A stretch of DNA of 64,000 nucleotides, taken from positions 9,625-73,624 of the forward strand of contig JAZRNK010000026.1 of NCBI GenBank assembly GCA_045648145.1, given 5' to 3'. Positions 29,447 to 36,557 of the stretch are shown here, one piece after another. The translations under genes were made by a program, and so were the position numbers. The notes beneath the pieces are model-generated. The model made no database searches. It saw only the letters and a list, made by a program, of their open reading frames with translations, and had not been told where the DNA came from. How positions within the stretch are numbered: position 1 is the stretch's first letter; each line of letters opens with the position of its first letter. This DNA comes from Acutalibacteraceae bacterium (GTDB lineage: Bacteria > Bacillota > Clostridia > Oscillospirales > Acutalibacteraceae).

Positions 29447-30088
29447 ATGAGTAATGAAAATAGTACAATTAATAAACCCCGGTCACTTCATGTTAGTTCC
29501 CGGTGCCGTAAATTTTCTTGTATCACTTATTTATCTGAATTGCAATTAAAAACTGTGCTATGTAAACATCACGAACAAATTCGGTGTTATGCTTATGCTT
29601 TTCATGATAAGGACGCAAGGGAAGATGGTACACTTAAAGAACCTCATTTTCACATTGTTTTAGTTACATACAATACTTGCACTATTTCTGCTATACGTCG
29701 TTGGTTTTGTGGTTTTGTTGATAGTAATGGTGATATTACTACTACTGCACAAAAATGTACTGATGTATTCGAAATGTATGATTATTTAACGCATAGCACG
29801 TTTCAAGCAAGGGCGCAAGGAAAATATCAATATGATAAAAGTATTGTTGTAACGAACGATACCGAGTATTTTAAGGCTAATGTTGAAAGTGAATTCGATA
29901 GTATTACGTTATCTGCAGAAATGCTTTTGAATGGTGCTTCTGTTCGTGAGTGTGGTAGAAAATTTGGACGCGATTTTATACTGCATTATCCTGCAATCAA
30001 AAAGTATTTAACTGATGTGTTTTTACTTAATCAAAGAGCCGATATTAATAATATTAACGATTTAATTATTTTAGATTTATCAAAATAA
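29447..30088 (+). CDS. HUH-superfamily rolling-circle replication initiator (Rep)
   Basis: Motif 1 is FSCITY, motif 2 is PHFHIVLV (HUH), and motif 3 is FEMYDYLTH with the E-x3-Y spacing seen in pC194-type Reps. Confidence 0.75.
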   Translation: MSNENSTINKPRSLHVSSRCRKFSCITYLSELQLKTVLCKHHEQIRCYAYAFHDKDAREDGTLKEPHFHIVLVTYNTCTISAIRRWFCGFVDSNGDITTTAQKCTDVFEMYDYLTHSTFQARAQGKYQYDKSIVVTNDTEYFKANVESEFDSITLSAEMLLNGASVRECGRKFGRDFILHYPAIKKYLTDVFLLNQRADINNINDLIILDLSK

Positions 30089-30108
30089 ATTTTAAGGAGT
30101 TTTTAAAA

Positions 30109-30258
30109 ATGAAAACTGAAATTGTTCAAGGAATTAGCAAAAAAACAAATAGGGAATATGTTCGTTTAGATATTTATTTAACTGATACTTATGTAAAATC
30201 TGTTTTTTTAGATAGGGCAGAGGCTGAATTAATTAAAGTATCTCAAAATAACCTTTAA
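30109..30258 (+). CDS. 49-aa hypothetical protein in the gV (ssDNA-binding protein) position
   Basis: Hand-translated as MKTEIVQGISKKTNREYVRLDIYLTDTYVKSVFLDRAEAELIKVSQNNL. AAGGAG lies 8 nt upstream. It is too short to appear in the ORF track. Confidence 0.45.
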   Translation: MKTEIVQGISKKTNREYVRLDIYLTDTYVKSVFLDRAEAELIKVSQNNL

Positions 30259-30277
30259 TCTCTAAAGGAGTTTTCGT

Positions 30278-31825
30278 ATGTGGAAGAAGCTTATAATCAC
30301 AATTCCTCTCATAATATGTTTAATCGTTCCTACCTTGGTTATAAGCTCTTCTGCTGCGAGCTTAACTGTAGTTGACGATATGGTTGTTAATAATTTCAAA
30401 TCTCGTATTGGTTATGAAATTAATGATAATACTTATTGGTCACCTGATGAAAATACTTTAATGCGTGTTCATTATCCGGAACGTCGACAAATGCAATTTA
30501 TGTTGAATACTAATGACGATAGTATTTTAAACGGTAATACAACACGCATTTTTAGTTTTGAAATTAATCTTGCTATGTTTGTTATGACAAATCAACGTGT
30601 TGATTTTGAATTAACATATAGAGGTGAAGAGGGCTATTATATAGGTTTAGGTTCCGAAATATACTCTAAAAATACGTCTGCTGGTTTAGTATCTTCTTCG
30701 AATTTAATTAATTATGGCTCATGTATACTTAAGGATGATGGTAAAACATTAGAATTTCAAATTTTGAATGTTACATCTACTGATACTATTTATGTGTCTT
30801 TTGGCTTTCAACAAGTTTTTGATAGTCCTGCATTAATTTTTGATTGCAATTTTGTTCCTGGTATGACGTTTTTATCACAAGATAATCCAGATGAACATTT
30901 AATAACTACGTCAAGTTCTTTTTCTGGTCTTTTTTATTCTGACGATATAACTGGTTATTTTAATTTCCCCGGTACTTCTGGTAACGGTGTAGGGTCTATT
31001 CCTCGAAAATATGACCTTGTTCCTGAAATTAATGGTACTGGTATTATTTTTAGAGCTTTAGTTGATGGAGAAGTTACTGGTAAACAAAAAGTTGATTTTG
31101 CTACTGTTACTTTTAATCCTTATTGGGTTAGATATAAAGACTCACCATCTTTAAAATATAAAATTGATGATACAAGAGTTTATCGTGTTGGTTTTATCTT
31201 GCAGTTAGGTAATCAAGGGCAAATTTGTTATGCTGAATTTTTAAAAAATTTAAAGTTAAGTGCTACTACTTTTGAGGGCACATTTAACATTCCTGCTTCT
31301 AATCTTTGGTCAGAAGAAACTGCAGATGGTACTAAAAAATCGTTTGCATTGTTTGATTTTGATATACGAGGTAGTATTTTAAATAATGCTAAATGGACAT
31401 TTGAGTTTAATACAGATGGTATTACCTCTGTTAATAAATATAGTTATTTGAATTTTTATTTTGTTGGACCTTTTTTTATTATTGCTCGGTCGGTAGAATA
31501 TACTGAACAAATGAATGAGGCAGATTTTATATTAAATGCTGGTATAAATGTTGGTGTCGGTGATTTTGGCTCGTCTAATATACAAGTTTTGCAACAGTCT
31601 TTAGTTAATTTAGAGTCGAGTTATACTATATCAAGTGCTGATATTTCTAAATTAAATCAACATGCTACAAATCTTTTATCAAATGGTAATTTTAAATCTG
31701 CTTCAACTGTTATTACTGGTTTTATTGATAGATTTAGCGTTGAAAATAGTATTTATTGGGGTTTGATGTTGGCTTGTTTAACTTTAGGAATAGTATTTTA
31801 TTTTATAGGTCGTGGTAAAGGTTGA
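30278..31825 (+). CDS. 515-aa secreted, C-terminally membrane-anchored protein (pIII-like adsorption/minor coat architecture)
   Basis: N-terminal signal peptide (LVISSSAAS) and C-terminal TM plus basic tail (LMLACLTLGIVFYFIGRGKG). No recognisable homology. Confidence 0.55.
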   Translation: MWKKLIITIPLIICLIVPTLVISSSAASLTVVDDMVVNNFKSRIGYEINDNTYWSPDENTLMRVHYPERRQMQFMLNTNDDSILNGNTTRIFSFEINLAMFVMTNQRVDFELTYRGEEGYYIGLGSEIYSKNTSAGLVSSSNLINYGSCILKDDGKTLEFQILNVTSTDTIYVSFGFQQVFDSPALIFDCNFVPGMTFLSQDNPDEHLITTSSSFSGLFYSDDITGYFNFPGTSGNGVGSIPRKYDLVPEINGTGIIFRALVDGEVTGKQKVDFATVTFNPYWVRYKDSPSLKYKIDDTRVYRVGFILQLGNQGQICYAEFLKNLKLSATTFEGTFNIPASNLWSEETADGTKKSFALFDFDIRGSILNNAKWTFEFNTDGITSVNKYSYLNFYFVGPFFIIARSVEYTEQMNEADFILNAGINVGVGDFGSSNIQVLQQSLVNLESSYTISSADISKLNQHATNLLSNGNFKSASTVITGFIDRFSVENSIYWGLMLACLTLGIVFYFIGRGKG

Positions 31826-32055
31826 ATAAAATAATTGAATTTTTTGAAAGCTTTGCTGAAGGTGTAGATTCTATTGTTGATTTTGTAGTCACTTTATTTA
31901 CGTCTTTTGTTCGTTTTTTAACGTCATTACCTGCTTTTATTCAAATACTTAATAATACTTTATTTACAATACCATCTACATTAGTTATTTTTGTATCTTT
32001 ATCTATTACAATATCCATTATATTTTTAATAATTAATCGAGGTAGTTCAAAATGA
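31822..32055 (+). CDS. 77-aa two-TM protein
   Basis: The TTG start overlaps the upstream TGA (TTGA). It is strongly hydrophobic. Confidence 0.5.
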   Translation: MNKIIEFFESFAEGVDSIVDFVVTLFTSFVRFLTSLPAFIQILNNTLFTIPSTLVIFVSLSITISIIFLIINRGSSK

Positions 32056-32264
32056 TTGAGAAGTCAATAGATTTCTTTTTTAATACAATTAAATGGGTTT
32101 TCAATGATTTTTTACAAAGAATTAGAATTTTTGGTGTACCTTTAATTTATTATTTTTTAGTTTTAACTATTGTTGCTATTGTGTTTATGGGTCTTATTAA
32201 TTCTGCTAAAATATCTCGTTTACCGTTTTCACGTAAAAAGGGGAGAGGACCTAATAAAAAGTAA
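32052..32264 (+). CDS. 70-aa single-TM protein with basic C-terminus (coat-protein-like)
   Basis: ATGA overlap with the upstream ORF. TM segment LIYYFLVLTIVAIVFMGLI followed by SRKKGRGPNKK. Confidence 0.5.
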   Translation: MIEKSIDFFFNTIKWVFNDFLQRIRIFGVPLIYYFLVLTIVAIVFMGLINSAKISRLPFSRKKGRGPNKK

Positions 32265-32328
32265 GGTTTACCCTTTAATTAAGGTTTCCGAGCTTAATTA
32301 AGGTTTACCCAATTTGGAGTTATAATTT

Positions 32329-32829
32329 ATGAAAAAAATATTTTGTTTGTTAATTGTTGTTATAACGTTGTTTGTTTCATGTTGTTGTGTTTCAGCTGCT
32401 GAAATTTCACCTGGTAGTATTAATCAAGAGGCTTTAGATTATTTAACTGGTTGTGTCAAAAAACTTGAGCCTAACACTGATTATTTTTTATATCGTGTTA
32501 ATGATACAGACGCATGTTTAATTTATTCAAATGATTTATATTTTGACTCTACTGAAAATGTAGTAGGGGGTAGTAATGTAACAAAGATTTCTTATACATT
32601 TGATACTTTAAAGAATTGTTATGTTACTACTTTTGAAGATAATTTATCTTCATTTCAATTAAATTCTGTTATATATTCTGTTGCTTATTCTTCTTTAGGA
32701 CATTGGTCTACAGTTGAAGATAAGAACACATCAATTTTAACTTATATTTTATGGACTTTAGTTTTATTACTTTTATTATTTGTTGGTTTTAAATTTTTCC
32801 GCAATCGAAGGAGTTATATTAAGTTATGA
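32329..32829 (+). CDS. 166-aa secreted protein with C-terminal membrane anchor (minor coat-like)
   Basis: Signal peptide ending VSAAE and a C-terminal TM ILWTLVLLLLLFVGFKFF followed by a basic tail. Confidence 0.55.
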   Translation: MKKIFCLLIVVITLFVSCCCVSAAEISPGSINQEALDYLTGCVKKLEPNTDYFLYRVNDTDACLIYSNDLYFDSTENVVGGSNVTKISYTFDTLKNCYVTTFEDNLSSFQLNSVIYSVAYSSLGHWSTVEDKNTSILTYILWTLVLLLLLFVGFKFFRNRRSYIKL

Positions 32830-32990
32830 TAACATCTTTAATTGAATTTATAAACGGTGTTATAGATTATCCACCTCAATTTGAATTTCTTTTATATTTG
32901 GGCGCCACAGCTTTAATGCTGTTACTTATAGTATTATCTGTCGATTTTTTTGCTGGCATATTTTTTGCAATATTTCAACGTAAACGATAG
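32826..32990 (+). CDS. 54-aa single-TM protein
   Basis: Hand-translated as MITSLIEFINGVIDYPPQFEFLLYLGATALMLLLIVLSVDFFAGIFFAIFQRKR. ATGA overlap with the previous gene. Confidence 0.4.
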   Translation: MITSLIEFINGVIDYPPQFEFLLYLGATALMLLLIVLSVDFFAGIFFAIFQRKR

Positions 32991-33008
32991 AGGAAAGGAG
33001 AAAATATA

Positions 33009-33179
33009 ATGGAGAATATTACAAGCTTAGAAAATTTGACTACAGCGTTTACCTTTGTTACTACTTGTATGACTTCTATGGTCACAATTATTCTTGGTAA
33101 TCCTGTATTTCTTATTCCGGTTGGCATTTATGTTGCCGGTGCTGCTATTGGTCTTTGTGGCCGTCTTATTGGCAGATAA
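33009..33179 (+). CDS. 56-aa hydrophobic protein; best major-coat (pVIII-like) candidate
   Basis: Hand-translated as MENITSLENLTTAFTFVTTCMTSMVTIILGNPVFLIPVGIYVAGAAIGLCGRLIGR. It has the strongest SD in the element (AGGAAAGGAG) and is followed by a hairpin. Confidence 0.45.
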   Translation: MENITSLENLTTAFTFVTTCMTSMVTIILGNPVFLIPVGIYVAGAAIGLCGRLIGR

Positions 33180-33191
33180 TTTAACTTTTCT

Positions 33192-33226
33192 GCACCTTTG
33201 GCGAGCTTGCTCGCCAGGGTGCTTTT
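33192..33226 (+). terminator. hairpin plus T-run after the coat-candidate ORF (possible attenuator)
   Basis: GCACCTTTGGCGAG-cttg-CTCGCCAGGGTGC followed by TTTT. The stem is imperfect with one bulge. Confidence 0.5.
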
Positions 33227-33237
33227 AAGGTGATTTT

Positions 33238-33360
33238 ATGTTAAAGATTTTTATTGATTTTTTGGTTTATTTAATTACATATTATGAATTTTTAATTATT
33301 TTGGCTTTAATCGTTGCCTTATGTGTTATTTTACTTATTAATAAAATATTTAGTTTTTAG
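33238..33360 (+). CDS. 40-aa single-TM protein
   Basis: Hand-translated as MLKIFIDFLVYLITYYEFLIILALIVALCVILLINKIFSF. AAGGTGA SD. Confidence 0.35.
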   Translation: MLKIFIDFLVYLITYYEFLIILALIVALCVILLINKIFSF

Positions 33361-33371
33361 GAGTTTTAAAA

Positions 33372-33566
33372 ATGAAAGCTTTAATACCTTTGTTGTTAAT
33401 GATTGTTATGTGCTTGTTGGCTGGTAAGCCTGGATTAATTCTTTTGGCATATATTTTTTGTTTCTTTGTTTTTGGTATATGTATATTCTTTTTATTCAGA
33501 TATCTTTCGTCAAAGTTTCCAAAATTGCTTGAACTGTTTAAACGTCAAAATAAAGGTGATAAATAA
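33372..33566 (+). CDS. 64-aa two-TM protein, translationally coupled to the Zot-like gene
   Basis: TAATG stop/start overlap with the next gene. AGGAG SD upstream. Confidence 0.5.
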   Translation: MKALIPLLLMIVMCLLAGKPGLILLAYIFCFFVFGICIFFLFRYLSSKFPKLLELFKRQNKGDK

Positions 33567-34174
33567 TGGTTACAGGTTATTTTGGTCTTCCCGGTAGTGG
33601 TAAGACTACTTTTTTAACTATGTTAGCTCAAAAAGAGTTAAAACTCATAGCAAAAGGGAAGAGCAAGTATAAATACGTTTATACAAATTTTTATTGTCAA
33701 GGTTGTTATAAGTTTGAGTATGAAAATTTAGGTAGATTTTTATTTACTGATGCATTAATTTTGATTGACGAAATTACTCTTGAGGCTGATTCGCGTGACT
33801 TTAAACAGTTTTCTCGTGAAAAGAAATATTTTTTCTTAATGCATAGGCATTATAATTGTGATATTATTTATTTTAGTCAACATTATGATAACGTTGATAA
33901 AAAGATACGTGATATTACTTATGATTTATTTTTTGTTCGTGCATGTAGGTTTCAATGGTTGCCATTTTCTACGGCTACTCGTATATTCAGAACGTTGGAT
34001 ATATGTGAGCAGACACATGAAATAGTTAATGGTTATCGTTTTCCTAATATTTTTGATACTTTGTTTGGTAGCGTAAAGCAAATTTGTTTTAGACCACGTT
34101 GGTATAAATATTTTGATACTTATGAGGCTAATCGTAATTTATCGACGTTTTGTAATTTCTTATGGAATGAATAA
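33566..34174 (+). CDS. Zot/pI-family P-loop NTPase (filamentous-phage assembly ATPase), short form
   Basis: Walker A is at the extreme N-terminus (GYFGLPGSGKTT) and Walker B is ALILIDEIT. 202 aa with no TM segment. Confidence 0.7.
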   Translation: MVTGYFGLPGSGKTTFLTMLAQKELKLIAKGKSKYKYVYTNFYCQGCYKFEYENLGRFLFTDALILIDEITLEADSRDFKQFSREKKYFFLMHRHYNCDIIYFSQHYDNVDKKIRDITYDLFFVRACRFQWLPFSTATRIFRTLDICEQTHEIVNGYRFPNIFDTLFGSVKQICFRPRWYKYFDTYEANRNLSTFCNFLWNE

Positions 34175-34226
34175 TTAAGGTATCCGAACTTAACTAACGT
34201 TTACCCATTAATTGAGGTGTTATACT

Positions 34227-34451
34227 ATGACAACTAAAGATAGAATTATTTTGTATGTTTACAACAAAACAAATACTCTTGAAAAAGAAAAGGAAGAAAT
34301 GCGTAATACTTTAAGGTATAAGCCTATCGATAGTCTTGATATGTATGAGATTATGAGGGAAGATATACGTTTGCAATGTTGGAATGAATTTCTTGAAGAA
34401 CTTGTTGCTTTAGTAGTACATTGTAAAAACGATAACAATTATACAAAATGA
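34227..34451 (+). CDS. 74-aa hypothetical protein whose last six codons lie in the att repeat
   Basis: GAGGTG SD. The stop TGA at 34449-34451 is inside the 18-bp repeat. Confidence 0.45.
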   Translation: MTTKDRIILYVYNKTNTLEKEKEEMRNTLRYKPIDSLDMYEIMREDIRLQCWNEFLEELVALVVHCKNDNNYTK

Positions 34452-34466
34452 ATATTTTGTATAATT
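34437..34466 (+). repeat. right copy of the direct repeat, forming a perfect palindrome AATTATACAAAAT-gaat-ATTTTGTATAATT (recombinase core-site architecture)
   Basis: Read directly from the sequence. It can be read as 13-4-13 or 11-8-11. Confidence 0.85.
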
Positions 34467-34924
34467 TAGGGAGGGGCAAAAACCTAATGATTACGCTAAC
34501 AAGCGATTTTTACCTAATATTAGCCATTTAACAATATGTATTTAACTTACTATTAATTGTCATCCATTATTTATAAATACAGCTTAATTATCAACACATA
34601 ATTTTGTAATTCAAATTTTTAAACATAAAATTTATAATAACTATCATTGTTTTTGTCTCCTTTATATTTTTATAATGTTTTTTCGGTATTTAATTTGTTT
34701 TTCAAAAAATTTCATCTTACCAGTTTTTTTCAGTAATACCTTAGGTCATTTAAAAAATTTCTATTCGATAGGATTTTAGTCCGTAATTTGTATTTTACGA
34801 GAATTTATTGTATTAACAATAAATCACTTAATTTTTATACGTTTAGAAGCTTTATAGAATCATCAAAACAATATTACCTATTTTATAATTTGTAATTGTT
34901 TTTTTAACCAATATATATTATAAT

Positions 34925-34937
34925 AATTATACAAAAT
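34925..34937 (+). repeat. third, partial copy (AATTATACAAAAT) 44 bp upstream of the recombinase start
   Basis: It matches the left arm of the palindrome exactly. The adjacent right arm is degenerate (ATTTGATTTTTGT). Confidence 0.6.
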
Positions 34938-34980
34938 ATTTGATTTTTGTTTGTGAAACTGTTTCACGGAGGTGCGTTTT

Positions 34981-35988
34981 ATGAAACGTGAAGTTTTATT
35001 ATCAGTTTCTCCTGTATTGCGAGAGTTTTTAACTTATAGCGAAACCATTAAAGGAAAATCAGAAAAAACGGTTGAACAATACTACTTGGATTTAACGCTA
35101 TTCTTCAAATATTTAAAACTTGACAGAGGTTTGACTGACAGCTCTATCCCCTTTTCAGACATAAAAGTTGACGATGTAGGTGTTTCGCTTTTAGAAACGG
35201 TTACTATATCTGATTTATATTCCTTTTTAGTATACTGCAAAACCGAGCGTAACAACGGCGCTGCCGCCAGAGCGCGAAAGGTTTCGGCATTACGTGTGTT
35301 TTTTAAATACCTATGTAACACAACCCACGCCATAAAGGTTAATCCTGCATCTGAATTAGATGCACCAAAGCTAAAAAAGACGTTGCCAGTACACCTCAGT
35401 TTAGAGCAAAGTATTGATCTATTAAAATCTATCGACGGACCGCATAAGGAACGTGATTTTTGTATTATTACCTTATTTTTAAATTGCGGTATGCGATTAT
35501 CTGAACTTTGTTCCTTAAATTATACCGATATTAAATCTGACGGTTCGTTAAAAATAACCGGTAAAGGTAATAAAGAACGTATCGTTTATCTAAATGACGC
35601 ATGTATGTTGGCGGTTGAAAATTATATGAAGGTACGACCGACCGACGGTATTCCCGTAAAGGATAAAAATGCTTTATTTATAAGCGCTCACCGTAAGCGT
35701 ATCAGTAATAAAACCGTGCAGCACATTGTATATTCTATGCTTGATAAAGCAGGTCTTAGCGGCCAGGGCTTTTCGACACATAAGTTAAGACACACAGCAG
35801 CCACATTAATGTATCAGCTTGGCGGTGTTGATATTCGAGTTTTAAAGGATATTTTGGGTCACGAAAACCTCGGCACAACACAGATATATACCCACGTTGC
35901 AAATAAACAGATTGCCGATGCCTTTGACGCCAACCCACTTTCTCAATTCAAACAAAAACCTTCTAAAAATGAAGATGACGAAAATTAA
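34981..35988 (+). CDS. Xer-family tyrosine site-specific recombinase
   Basis: N-terminal SAM-like core-binding domain. Catalytic residues are present in GMRLSEL, GKGNKER, HKLRHTAAT and LGHENLGTTQIYTH. ATG 34981 follows GGAGG. Confidence 0.85.
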   Translation: MKREVLLSVSPVLREFLTYSETIKGKSEKTVEQYYLDLTLFFKYLKLDRGLTDSSIPFSDIKVDDVGVSLLETVTISDLYSFLVYCKTERNNGAAARARKVSALRVFFKYLCNTTHAIKVNPASELDAPKLKKTLPVHLSLEQSIDLLKSIDGPHKERDFCIITLFLNCGMRLSELCSLNYTDIKSDGSLKITGKGNKERIVYLNDACMLAVENYMKVRPTDGIPVKDKNALFISAHRKRISNKTVQHIVYSMLDKAGLSGQGFSTHKLRHTAATLMYQLGGVDIRVLKDILGHENLGTTQIYTHVANKQIADAFDANPLSQFKQKPSKNEDDEN

Positions 35989-36086
35989 CGGTAGGACATT
36001 TTGTCTTACCGTTTTTTTGTACAAACTATGTCAAATTTTAAATTAAATCATAGTATATAAAAGAAACAATGAACTGAGGAATAAAT

Positions 36087-36530
36087 ATGCCCTTTGATGC
36101 AAGAGAACTATTAGCAAGAATAATTCAATGTGAGGCCGGAGGCGAAGGAGAAATCGGTATGGCGGCGGTAGCTACCGTTGTTATGAACCGTGTTCACGTT
36201 GCCGGTGGCGAGTATTTAAGAACCGGTGGCGGTAACCTAAGAAACGTTATATTTCAAGAATACCAGTTTGACTGTGCAAGAACGCAAATTGGCGGTCAAT
36301 ACAACGCTCAAAACATATATAATATGTCACCCGAACCTATTAATTATCAAATAGCAGATTGGGCTTTAGGCGGTAATGTATTAGGCGCTGTCGGTGACTG
36401 CTTATGGTATTATAATCCTTTTTCTCCAAACTGCGAATACTATTTCCCACGAAACGGCTCAGGAGTTTATCACACAAGAATTAATCAGCATTGCTTTTAC
36501 AGACCTACATCTAAATACTGGGAAACCTAA
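36087..36530 (+). CDS. cwlJ: cell wall hydrolase, SleB/CwlJ (Hydrolase_2) family
   Basis: LLARIIQCEAGGEGEIGMAAVATVVMNRV is the family signature. 147 aa, like CwlJ. Confidence 0.8.
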   Translation: MPFDARELLARIIQCEAGGEGEIGMAAVATVVMNRVHVAGGEYLRTGGGNLRNVIFQEYQFDCARTQIGGQYNAQNIYNMSPEPINYQIADWALGGNVLGAVGDCLWYYNPFSPNCEYYFPRNGSGVYHTRINQHCFYRPTSKYWET

Positions 36531-36557
36531 ACTCAAATTATGAAAGGTTAGATTTTT

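Larger units (their letters stand above)
28124..34454 (+). mobile_element. integrated inovirus-like (filamentous phage) element, about 6.3 kb, bounded by 18-bp direct repeats
   Basis: AATTATACAAAATGAATA occurs at 28124-28141 and 34437-34454. The interior is AT-rich and carries an XRE repressor, an HUH Rep, coupled small TM proteins and a Zot-type ATPase. No integrase, capsid or tail genes are present. Confidence 0.8.

Noticed and set aside
35989-36086. A fourth att copy downstream of the recombinase gene, which would place the recombinase inside the element
   Set aside because: Only a weak resemblance is present (TTTTGTACAAA after the terminator). There is no match to the 18-bp core, so the recombinase is treated as lying outside the repeats.
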